Source of the DNA: Vicinamibacteria bacterium
GTDB taxonomy: Bacteria; Acidobacteriota; Vicinamibacteria; Marinacidobacterales; Marinacidobacteraceae
NCBI GenBank assembly: GCA_963668695.2
Contig: CAXXLQ010000004.1
Span: 704,001 to 768,000 of the forward strand
Direction of reading: 5' to 3'
DNA length: 64,000 bases
Part shown: one piece after another, positions 46,993 to 56,015 of the stretch
Numbering within the stretch: position 1 is the first letter of the stretch
Layout: each line of letters begins with the position of its first letter
The notes under the pieces: model-generated
What the model was told of the DNA's origin: nothing
Seen by the model: only the letters and a program-made list of their open reading frames with translations
Databases searched by the model: none
Made by a program: the position numbers and the translations under genes

Positions 46993-48462
46993 ATGGAAGA
47001 AACCTCCCTTTTCCTGACCGTCTCCGAACTGGCGGGGCGCCTCCGGGCACGGGAGTTCACCTCGGTCGAACTCACCCAGGCGTACCTCGACCGCGCGGAG
47101 GAGCTGGACGTACCTCCCTTCGAACTGCCGAGCGAGCCGCGCGAAGACCACCAGGGCAAGCTGGCCACGATGGTGACGATCGCGCGCGAGCGCGCGTTGC
47201 AGGCCGCCGAGCGCGCCGACCGCGAACTGGCCGCGGGCAATCCGCGCAGCATCCTGCACGGGATTCCCTACGGGGTAAAGGACCTGCTCGACACCCGCGG
47301 AATCCGCACCACCTGGGGATCGGGCATCTTCCGGGACCGCGTCCCGGACCGGAACGCCGCGGTGATCGACCGGCTGGAGGAAGCCGGTGCGGTGCTGATG
47401 GCGAAAATGTCGCTCGGCGAATTCGCCGGAGGCAACACCAGCTCGGCCCTCAACCCCTGGAAGCTCGACCGCACCAGTTTCGGTTCGTCGAGCGGGACGG
47501 TGTCGGCGGCGGTCGCGGGCCTGATCGGCTTTGGGATCGGCACGGAGACCGGGGGCTCGATTGTGTTCCCGGCGTCCGCGGTCGGCGCCTCGGGGCTCCG
47601 CCCGACCTTCGGGCGGGTCAGCCGCTTCGGCTGCATGGCGCTCTCCTGGAGCCTCGACAAGATCGGCCCGGTGGGGCGAACCGCGGAGGACTGCGGGCAC
47701 ATCCTGCAACTGATCGCCGGCCCGGACCCCCGGGACACCTCGACCGCGGAGCGGCCCTTCGTCTTCCGGGCCGATCCCGGCTCGATGCGGGGCCGGCGGC
47801 TGGGGGTGCACCGCGCCGAGTTCCTGCTCTCCCAGTCCGAGACCACCCGCAGGGCGTTCCAGGAGGCGCTCGACGCCTTCGCCGCAATGGGAGTGGAGAT
47901 CGAGGACATCGAGCTGCCGCTCTTTCCCACCGGCGCTCTCTTCACGACCATCGTCACCGTCGAAAGCGGAACGAATTTCAAGTCGCTGTTCGATGATGGC
48001 CGCGCCGCAGACATGTTCTCGTTCAACGAGGATCGGCGTGCCGGCTGGATGGCGGGCCGAATGCTGCCCGCCGCCGACTACCTGACCGCCCAGCGGATCC
48101 GCAACCAACTGGTGCGCGAAGCCGACGAAATTCTCTCGCGCTACGACGCGGTGATCGCCCCGACCTGGCCGAACGGGGCAGCGCTTCGGGTCGTGAAGGA
48201 CGGATGGCCGGTCCCAGCGAGGAACGAGTGGGAGCCACCGGACGACGTGAGCGAGCGCACCCCCCGTCTCAACTACATCGCGAACCTGGTGGGCCACCCG
48301 GGCCTCGCCATCCCCTGCGGGTTCGACGAGGACGGACTGCCGCTGTCGCTTCAGATCGTCGGCTCACCCATGGACGATCAGGCGACGCTCGACTTCGGGA
48401 TGGCGTTCCAGCGGGAAACCGACTGGCACCGGCGGCGGCCGCCCTACCCCTGGAGACAGTGA
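46993..48462 (+). CDS. Amidase signature family protein (GatA-like)
   Basis: GIPYGVKDL, GSSSG, GTETGGSI..PAS, LRPTFGRVSR. Confidence 0.92.
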   Translation: MEETSLFLTVSELAGRLRAREFTSVELTQAYLDRAEELDVPPFELPSEPREDHQGKLATMVTIARERALQAAERADRELAAGNPRSILHGIPYGVKDLLDTRGIRTTWGSGIFRDRVPDRNAAVIDRLEEAGAVLMAKMSLGEFAGGNTSSALNPWKLDRTSFGSSSGTVSAAVAGLIGFGIGTETGGSIVFPASAVGASGLRPTFGRVSRFGCMALSWSLDKIGPVGRTAEDCGHILQLIAGPDPRDTSTAERPFVFRADPGSMRGRRLGVHRAEFLLSQSETTRRAFQEALDAFAAMGVEIEDIELPLFPTGALFTTIVTVESGTNFKSLFDDGRAADMFSFNEDRRAGWMAGRMLPAADYLTAQRIRNQLVREADEILSRYDAVIAPTWPNGAALRVVKDGWPVPARNEWEPPDDVSERTPRLNYIANLVGHPGLAIPCGFDEDGLPLSLQIVGSPMDDQATLDFGMAFQRETDWHRRRPPYPWRQ

Positions 48463-48465
48463 TCG

Positions 48466-48666
48466 AGCAGCCTGTGGCAAAACCCACGCGGCGTTCGACG
48501 GGCGATGCATCCCGCCTGAACCGCCCCGCTCCGCGGGGCTCTGCGTTGCGCTTCGGTCAAAATACACCCGGTATTCCTCCCTCGCGCGCCTTGTCAGCCG
48601 GACCCCGACCGGGAGAACTGGGCCTCGCCGGTCTCGGCGCTCACGTGGGTTTCACCACAGGCTGCT
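48466..48666. mobile_element. MITE-like family A, copy between the amidase and the amidohydrolase
   Basis: AGCAGCCTGTGGCAAAACCCACG ... CGTGGGTTTCACCACAGGCTGCT. Confidence 0.83.
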
Positions 48667-48686
48667 AGTCCCAGCGGCGAAGCCAG

Positions 48687-50012
48687 ATGACCAGACGCAC
48701 GGATGGGCTCTCGCGACGAGAACTTCTGGCCGGCGCCGGAATGTTCACACTGGCTTGTTCCGCCCGCTCGGCCGGCGAGCCCGAGTACGACCTGCTGTTG
48801 AAGGGCGGGCATTTGATCGACCCCCGGAACGGGCTGAGCACGGTCCGCGACCTCGCCGTGCGCGACGGCAAGGTGGCGGCGGTCGAGGAGGCCATCGACC
48901 CGGGACGGGCCTTCAAGGTCGTAGAGTGTCAGGGCCTCTACGTCACGCCAGGGTTGATCGACTTGCACGTGCACGTGTTCGCGGGCACCAACGAGCGGGA
49001 TTCGTACGCCGGGGACAACAGCCTCTACCCGGACGGCTACACGTTCCGCTCGGGTGTCACGACCGTGGTCGACGCCGGCTGCGCCGGCTGGAGGAACTTC
49101 GAGACCTTCCGGGACACGGTTGTCAGCCGGGCCCGGACCCGCGTTCTCGCGCTGGCCAATATCGTCGGCCATGGCATGCGGGGCGGGGACATCGAGCAGG
49201 ACCTGGCCGATATGCAGGCGGCGCCGACCGCCGCCCTCGCCCGGGAGCATTCCGACATCATTGTCGGAGTGAAGACCGCCCATTACGCGGGACCGGAGTG
49301 GGATCCGGTCGAGGAAGCCGTTCGCGCCGGCGAGGCCGCGGGAATCCCGGTCATGGTGGATTTCGGGTCCAATCTGCCGGAGCGCCCGATCGAGACGCTG
49401 CTGGGCGAGAAACTGCGTCCGGGTGACATCTACACGCATTGCTTCGCAGGCAACCGCCGGGAGCTGCTCGCGGACGGCACGCCCAATCCCGGTCTCTTCG
49501 CCGGACGCGAGCGGGGCGTGTACTTCGACGTGGGCCACGGCGGCGGCAGCTTCAAGTGGAGCGTGGCAGCGAAGTGCCTGGAGGCCGGCTTCCCGCCGGA
49601 CTCGATCTCCACGGATCTGCATATCGGCTCGATGAATGCCGGCATGCAGAGCCAGATCACCACGATGAGCAAGTTCCTGGCTCTCGGCGAATCCCTGGAC
49701 GACGTGATCCGGCAGTCGACCTGGAATCCCGCCCGGCAGATCCACCGCGAGGAACTGGGCCATCTGTCGGTCGGCGCGATCGCCGACATCGCGGTGCTGC
49801 GGAAGGAATCCGGCACGTTCGGCTTCGTGGACAGCTTCGGCGCGCGCCAGGACGGTACCGAGAAGCTGGTTTGCGAGATGGCCTTCAAGGACGGCCTTCT
49901 CGCCTGGGATTTGAACGGCCGGACCCGCCCGGACTGGGGCGAACTCCCGTTCGATTACGGCCCGCAAGGTGAGGCGCGATGGGACGGAATCCTGCATCGA
50001 CGCCGTTCGTGA
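48687..50012 (+). CDS. Amidohydrolase (dihydroorotase-like) with Tat lipoprotein signal
   Basis: SRRELL..TLAC, PGLIDLHVH, GVTTVVDAG, DVGHGGGSF, ISTDLH. Confidence 0.88.
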   Translation: MTRRTDGLSRRELLAGAGMFTLACSARSAGEPEYDLLLKGGHLIDPRNGLSTVRDLAVRDGKVAAVEEAIDPGRAFKVVECQGLYVTPGLIDLHVHVFAGTNERDSYAGDNSLYPDGYTFRSGVTTVVDAGCAGWRNFETFRDTVVSRARTRVLALANIVGHGMRGGDIEQDLADMQAAPTAALAREHSDIIVGVKTAHYAGPEWDPVEEAVRAGEAAGIPVMVDFGSNLPERPIETLLGEKLRPGDIYTHCFAGNRRELLADGTPNPGLFAGRERGVYFDVGHGGGSFKWSVAAKCLEAGFPPDSISTDLHIGSMNAGMQSQITTMSKFLALGESLDDVIRQSTWNPARQIHREELGHLSVGAIADIAVLRKESGTFGFVDSFGARQDGTEKLVCEMAFKDGLLAWDLNGRTRPDWGELPFDYGPQGEARWDGILHRRRS

Positions 50013-50026
50013 GCGAGGAGGACATC

Positions 50027-51226
50027 ATGCCTGAGACGATGACCCGGCGGCAGGTTCTGCAGGGCGGCGCCTCCGCCGCCGTGCTGGGCGCCGCGGCCTG
50101 CGAAACCGAGTCCGAGCCCGGCCCGGCCCCGGCCCCGGAGGACGTGTACCTGCGGTTGGGAGTCCAGCCGGTGATCAACGGCATCGGCACCGTGACGGTC
50201 CTGGGCGGTTCCATCATGCCGCCCGAAGTCACGGACGCCATGGTTGCCGCTTCGCGCAACTTCGTGCCCCTGCGCGAACTCCAGGAGCGCGCGGGTGATC
50301 ACCTCGCCCGATTGATCGGGGTGCCCGCGGCCATGATCTCGTGCGGGGCCGCTTCCGCCATCACCAGCGGGACCGCGGCGGCGATCACCGGTGGCGACGA
50401 CGAGAAGCTGCAGATGCTCCCGGACACCGCGGGGATGAAGAACGAGGTGATCCAGCAGCGCGCCCACCGCACCGGATACCAGGCCCAGATGCGGCTGGTG
50501 GGAGCCGAAATCGTCTGGGTGGACACCCGGGAGGAACTCGAGGCGGCGATCAACGAGCGGACGGCCATGATGTTCTTCCTGAACTTCGCCGAGCCGCGGG
50601 GCGGGATCGGCCGCGCCGAGTGGATTGAGGTGGCGCGGGCGCACGGCGTGCCGACGATGAACGACGCCGCCGCGGACGTCCCGCCGCCCGAGCGGCTACA
50701 CACCTACGTCGAAGAGGGCTTCGACATGGTGATCTTCTCGGGCGGCAAGGGGCTGCTCGGCCCGCAAGCCTCGGGACTCCTGCTCGGGCGCCCCGACCTG
50801 ATCCAGGCGGCCCGCAAGGCGATCAGCCCGTTCGGCGGCATCGGCCGCGGCATGAAGGTCGGCAAGGAGGAGATCGCCGGTTTGGTGGCGGCGGTCGAGC
50901 GCTACCTCGCCTTCGATCACGAAGCGGAGAGGCGGGAACTCGACGCTCGAGCCGAGCTGGTTCTGCGAGTCCTGGGAGGCGCGGCCGGCCTCTCCTGCGA
51001 GACCCAAGTGCCGGAAATCGCCAACCATGTCCCCCACGTGGTCGTCAACTGGAGTGAGGGGGACCTGGGTCTCACGTCGCAAGAAGCGGTCGCGAAGCTT
51101 CTGGAGGGAGACCCTCCGGTCGCAGTCTCACGGACGGGAGAAGGTCAACTGCGCATCTCGATGTGGATGCTCCGCCCCGGTCAGGACGCAGTGGTCGCGG
51201 AACGCGTGAAGTCGCTCTTTGTTTGA
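50027..51226 (+). CDS. SelA-like/DgaE-family PLP enzyme with Tat lipoprotein signal
   Basis: TRRQVL..AAAC, LGVQPVINGIGTVTVLGGS, DAAA, FSGGKGLLGPQASG, GIGRGMKVGKEEI. Confidence 0.85.
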   Translation: MPETMTRRQVLQGGASAAVLGAAACETESEPGPAPAPEDVYLRLGVQPVINGIGTVTVLGGSIMPPEVTDAMVAASRNFVPLRELQERAGDHLARLIGVPAAMISCGAASAITSGTAAAITGGDDEKLQMLPDTAGMKNEVIQQRAHRTGYQAQMRLVGAEIVWVDTREELEAAINERTAMMFFLNFAEPRGGIGRAEWIEVARAHGVPTMNDAAADVPPPERLHTYVEEGFDMVIFSGGKGLLGPQASGLLLGRPDLIQAARKAISPFGGIGRGMKVGKEEIAGLVAAVERYLAFDHEAERRELDARAELVLRVLGGAAGLSCETQVPEIANHVPHVVVNWSEGDLGLTSQEAVAKLLEGDPPVAVSRTGEGQLRISMWMLRPGQDAVVAERVKSLFV

Positions 51227-51253
51227 GCGGGCCGGGAATCGCGGACTGAGCGG

Positions 51254-52759
51254 TTAACGCCCCGAAGTCCTCGCGATGAACCCGCCGACGTCCGCCCTCC
51301 ATTGGGGAAGGAGCGACTGTTCCACGTACATCATGTGGCCGGCGGCGAAGTCCGCCCGCTCGACGTTGGCCCGGAGATCCGCGGGTAGCCCCATGTGGTC
51401 CACCGACCAGACGGCAGCGAAGTAAGGAGTGGCCAGATCGTAGATCCCGTTGACCAATAGGACCTTCAGGTCCGGGTTGCGCTTCATGGCGCGGGCGAGG
51501 TCGGGAGCGACGTTCGGTGTTCCTCCGCCGCGGCCGAAGCTGCCCCCGCCGCCGAGGCGGCCCCAGTTCCAGTTCCGGGTGGCGCCGCTCGGCACGTACT
51601 CACGATCGCCGTCGTAGCCCAGTTCACCCCGGAGGTAGCTGTTGAACGCCGAGCTATAGGCCGAACTGATGGCGGTGGACTGGGGGTCGTGCGAGGGACG
51701 GCCGCCCAGTACGTCGCCGGCGGGACCAGTGAAACGTGCATCGAGCCGTCCCACGATGCGGCCCTCGTCGCGGAGCAGCTCGGCCTCGAAAGCGGGCGCG
51801 GTCACTCGGAGGTCGGATTTGTCGATGAAGTCCTTGCTGAGCCCGGTGTAGCGGTGCATCTGATCGATCACCCGGGCACGCTTTTCCGCATCCAGAGTCC
51901 CGCCGGCGAGGAGCGCGGTCGCGTACTCGTTCAGCGACCAGGCCTCGACTTCGGCCATGAAGGCCTCCAGATTGTCGGGGGAGCCGCCGGGAAGCCGATC
52001 CAGGTAGCGCGCGGTGATCGCGTACGACGGGAGGTTGACGATATAGGGAACGTCGTCGCCCGGCGCGAACTGGATCGTGTTGAACTGGAGGACGATCGAG
52101 ACCAGCACGATCCCGTTCAGGTCGATGTTGGCGCGCTGCAGGTGGCCGGCCAGCACCGCGGAGCGGGTGGTCCCGTAGCTTTCGCCGAGGAGGTAACGGG
52201 GCGAGTTCCAGCGGTCGTACTCGCTGAGGAAGCGCCTGACGAACTGGGCCAGGGAGCGGGCGTCCTCGTCGATCCCCCAGTACTCGGATCCCTCGACGCC
52301 CTCGAGCGGATGGCTGAACCCGGTGCCGATGGGATCCAGCATGACGATGTCGGCGATATCGAGGAAGGTGTAGGCGTTGTCCTCCAGCGGGTAGGGCGGG
52401 GCGCCTTGGGGTCCCACCTCGGGGGTGACGACCCGCCGCGGCCCCATGATGCCCATGTGCAGCCAGAAGGACGCCGACCCCGGTCCCCCGTTGTAGGCAA
52501 AGATGAGTGGCCGCTCGTGGGACGGGGCGCCGTTCGTGCGGAAGTAGGCGGTGTAGAAGAGCTTCGCCGCATCCGCGCCCTCGTCGTTCGTCAGGGTGGT
52601 GCTCGCAACCACCGCGTCGTACTCGACGGTCTCGCCATCCATCATGATCGAATGACTGCTCTCCCAGCGGGATTTCTCAGCGGATTCTCCGTTCTCCTGA
52701 CCGGCGGCCACCGCGGCAACGAGGAGCAGGGCGGCCGACCAAAGGACCTTCTTCAACAT
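51254..52759 (-). CDS. Secreted S10-family serine carboxypeptidase
   Basis: NGGPGSAS, DPIGTGFS, GESYG, GHMMY. Confidence 0.92.
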   Translation of the reverse strand: MLKKVLWSAALLLVAAVAAGQENGESAEKSRWESSHSIMMDGETVEYDAVVASTTLTNDEGADAAKLFYTAYFRTNGAPSHERPLIFAYNGGPGSASFWLHMGIMGPRRVVTPEVGPQGAPPYPLEDNAYTFLDIADIVMLDPIGTGFSHPLEGVEGSEYWGIDEDARSLAQFVRRFLSEYDRWNSPRYLLGESYGTTRSAVLAGHLQRANIDLNGIVLVSIVLQFNTIQFAPGDDVPYIVNLPSYAITARYLDRLPGGSPDNLEAFMAEVEAWSLNEYATALLAGGTLDAEKRARVIDQMHRYTGLSKDFIDKSDLRVTAPAFEAELLRDEGRIVGRLDARFTGPAGDVLGGRPSHDPQSTAISSAYSSAFNSYLRGELGYDGDREYVPSGATRNWNWGRLGGGGSFGRGGGTPNVAPDLARAMKRNPDLKVLLVNGIYDLATPYFAAVWSVDHMGLPADLRANVERADFAAGHMMYVEQSLLPQWRADVGGFIARTSGR

Positions 52760-52862
52760 CTTCTGAAACCTCTCGGGGAAAGGGAATGGCAGGGCTGGCG
52801 AGCATACGGGACGAACTCGGCGTTCCGGTAACGACGGCCTGAGCGGGCGCGTGGCCAACAGA

Positions 52863-52895
52863 AAGGGGAACCGCCCGCGACGGGCGGTTCCCCTT
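52863..52895 (-). terminator. Intrinsic terminator-like hairpin after the TonB-dependent receptor
   Basis: AAGGGGAACCGCCCG-CGA-CGGGCGGTTCCCCTT perfect stem, 17 nt past the stop, with a short T run. Confidence 0.7.
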
Positions 52896-52912
52896 GAGAA
52901 AGGATCGGAAGC

Positions 52913-55755
52913 CTAGAACACGAAACCAGCGAGGAGCATCAGGCGGCGGGGTTCCACCCAGCTCGCGGGGATGAACTGCTCGCCGGGGTCCTCGAGCCGG
53001 AGGCTGGCATGCCCAATGCTGGCGGTGCTGTTCAGCGCGTTGTAGACGTAGGCATCCAGCTTCAACTGCACGTCGCCGATGTCGAAACGCTTGCCGATGC
53101 GAACGTCTGCCACCCAGAGCGTCGGGTGGCGGAGTCCTTCCCGGGATCCCGCGTTCTCCACAATGAAGTTCTGGGCCGGCTGCGTGGTGACGCCGGCGGC
53201 CCGCACCTGGCGCGAGAACGGCTTGCCGCTCTCAACGTTGCCGTTCAGCGCCAGCACAATGTCATAGGGCAGGAACACAACGGTCTGCAGCCGGAACATG
53301 TGCGGGCGGTCGGCCTGGAGACGCTGGTAGGCGTTCATGTAGGAATTGGGATCCTGGCCCGTACTGCTCCCGTAGAACGGATTGTTCTGGGATTGGAACC
53401 ACGGACGCGGAATCAGACCTTCCGATTTCGAGTAGGTGTAAGACCCCTGGAGGTTCCAGAGGCCGGCATCCCGGGCGTTGAAGTGAAGGATGACGCCGTC
53501 ATACGTCTGTTCGTAGGTGTCCGCCGCACCCGGGAAGTCGCCCGGGTCGTTGCCCTTGACCAAGGTTGGCTGCTCCACCTGATTGAGCAGGGTGATCGGC
53601 GCCCCGGTGTAGGGATCGGCCCACTGGATGGATTCGTACTGCCCGCCCAGAATGGACCAGCCCACCATGCGGTCGGTGTATTTGTGCACGTACTGCACTC
53701 CGACCGACATGTTGTTGCCGATCTCGCGCTCATAGGCCGCGGTGTAGTGGTAGGAACGGGGCGCCAACAGGTTGTCCGGTTGCGCCAATTCATCAACCGT
53801 CGTCGCGAACAGGAGGTCACCGAGGGTGCCGTCGTCATTAAGCGCGTATTGTTGCCACGGGGTAACCCCGGGCGCCGGCGCGTCCCAGTTGCCGATGACG
53901 TTCTGGTCGTAGTGGACCCCGAAGAAGCCCTTGATGGCTGAGCGCCCCTCGTCGTCCGGACGGAAGGTGAAACCGATACGTGGGCTGATCAGGTTCCATT
54001 TCGCGATTCCCGGAGTTCCGGGGGCGTTTCCCGGAACGGACACCGCGTTGACGGCGGTGAACTCGGTTTCCTGGCCGGAATCGGGCACCCCGAGGAGCTC
54101 GTACTCGGGAATGTCTCCTCTATTCAGATCCAGCCGGAGGCCGAGGTTCAGGGTAAGCCGATCGTTGACGGTAACGGTGTCATCGATGAAGAAACCGCGG
54201 TCGTTGGAGATGCCTCCGTAGCGGTAGGGCTCCTGGATGACCTGGTAGAGGTAGCCGCCCGACTGGTACTGATAGGCGCTGTTGGGCCCCGCAGCCACCG
54301 CGGTCTCCGCCACGCCCCGGGCGATCTGGACACCGAAGCGGAATTCGTGCTGCGCGCCGAGGAAATCGTCCGCGTAGTGGGTCACCTTCGCATTGAACTG
54401 ATTGCTCCAGGTCCGGTAGTCCCACGGATAGGAGATGCCGCCCTCGTAGGTGGTCGTAGGCTCCGCGTCATAGTGATGAAGGGCATGTCGAAGCTGCCGG
54501 TAGGCGAGTCGTGGATGTCGCTCGCCGACCACTGGGAATACCGCGCTTCGAAGATCGTGGTGTCCGAAATCGTGCTGGTCAGGCCCGCGGCGAAAGTGAC
54601 CGTGGCGCCCCGCTCGACGAAAGCCGCCGAGGCCGAAACGTTCGGCGAACTGCCCCCGATCCCCGCCCAGTCCTCGAGGTGGGTGTTGATGAAGACTTCG
54701 TGGCGATCGCTGAGCTTCGTGGTGAGCTTCAGCGTGACCTTGTCGTTTTCGCCGCGGTCGGCGGTGGCGGCCGTCGGGTCGTTGCCCGCCTCCCAGGAAC
54801 TGTCACGCGAGTACTGGCCGCCCACCATGAACCACATCCGCTCCCGGATGACGGGACCGCCGAGGGTGAGCGTGATGTCCTGGAAATTGTCCCGCTGGAA
54901 GGCGAACGCGTTGGGGCTTCCCTCCGTGGCCGGAGCGCCGGTGTCCGCATCCGCGTAGATCTCCGGGAAGGTGAGGCCGTCGCTCTGGTAGAAGTAGTTG
55001 CCGCTGCCGCTGAACGTGTCGCCGCCCTTCTTGGTGACGATGTTGAAGGTGCCTCCGGTGGCGTTCCCGAACTCGGCCGGGGCGCCGATCCCGATGATCT
55101 CGACTTCCTCGATCATGTCCACGTTCGGGTCTCCCCAGGAAGAACCCGTCTCGGGCGCACTCGTCTCGACGCCATCGATGTTCCAGGAGTTCGACTGCTG
55201 GTTCGAGCCGAAGGCGACCGCGCGGTCTCCGCCCCCGCCGCTGTTCACCTGGGTGATTCCCGGAGAGATGTGGATGTAGTCGTAGAAGTTCCGCTCCGTT
55301 GGCAGCTCTTCAACGAGCTCAGAGTTGAAGGTGGTGATCGAGGCGTTCGAACTCACGTCCAGAAGCGGGGCCTCCGCTACTACTAGCACCGTTTCCGTCA
55401 CGGTGGACAGTCTCAGCCTGGCATCCAGGGTTGCGGTGGTGTTCTGGCCGACTCGCGCGCCTTCGAATCGAATGGTGTCGAAACCGCCGAGCCCGACCTC
55501 CACCGCGTATTCCCCAGCGGGAAGGCCAGGGAAGCGGAACACGCCCGACTGGTTCGTGACGGTCGTGCGCGAGCCGCCGATGATCGCGTCACTCAGAACG
55601 GTCGCAGTCGCGCCGGGGACCACGGCGCCGGTGTCGTCGGTCACGGTGCCCCGGATCAGACCGTTGTCCTGCGCAAGGGAAGCCGCCGGCAGCGTCAGCG
55701 CGAGGATCAGGAGCGCGAGCGTTGCCGACCGCGGGAAGCGGAGGCGATGAGTCAT
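52913..55755 (-). pseudogene. TonB-dependent receptor (carboxypeptidase-regulatory-like N-domain), split by a 1-nt frameshift near 54474
   Basis: The 5' ORF has a signal peptide, GTVTDDTGAVVPGAT and a plug (IGAPAEFG). The 3' ORF is the barrel and ends PRRLMLLAGFVF. One added base joins them (PFI-[D/N]-YDAEPT). Confidence 0.8.
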
Positions 55756-55902
55756 GAGCTTCTCCCTGGAGAATCTCCGGAAATCCGGTTCACGGGATTC
55801 GGAATCATGGATTGAAGCAGGAGATTCTGCTTCAAATGGCCCGGTTTTTCCACGGTTTGCCCTATCCAGAGACTTGGAGCCGCACCGGGAGCCATCACGT
55901 AG

Positions 55903-55918
55903 AGCAACGAGAGTGCCG
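55903..55918 (-). promoter_or_regulatory. Candidate sigma54 (-24/-12) promoter for the receptor gene
   Basis: CGGCAC-TCTCG-TTGCT matches the TGGCAC-N5-TTGCW spacing, ~150 nt upstream of the ATG. Confidence 0.45.
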
Positions 55919-56015
55919 TACCGGGGAACCGGATGGCATCGGCGCTCTCCGCGCAGTGGCGAGGGGGAATTCCGCTCCCCGGCGGGGAGCGATGCCGGTG
56001 TGAACACCGGAGCTC

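Noticed and set aside
46993-48462. Housekeeping gatA
   Set aside because: No gatB is adjacent, the partner gene has an export signal, and the signature is GTETGGSIVFP rather than GSDTGGSIRQP.
50027-51226. Second true selA
   Set aside because: It lacks the SelA N-terminal domain and the HTNLGRAPL / SRGELVEIG motifs and carries a Tat signal, so it fits the SelA-like/DgaE family.
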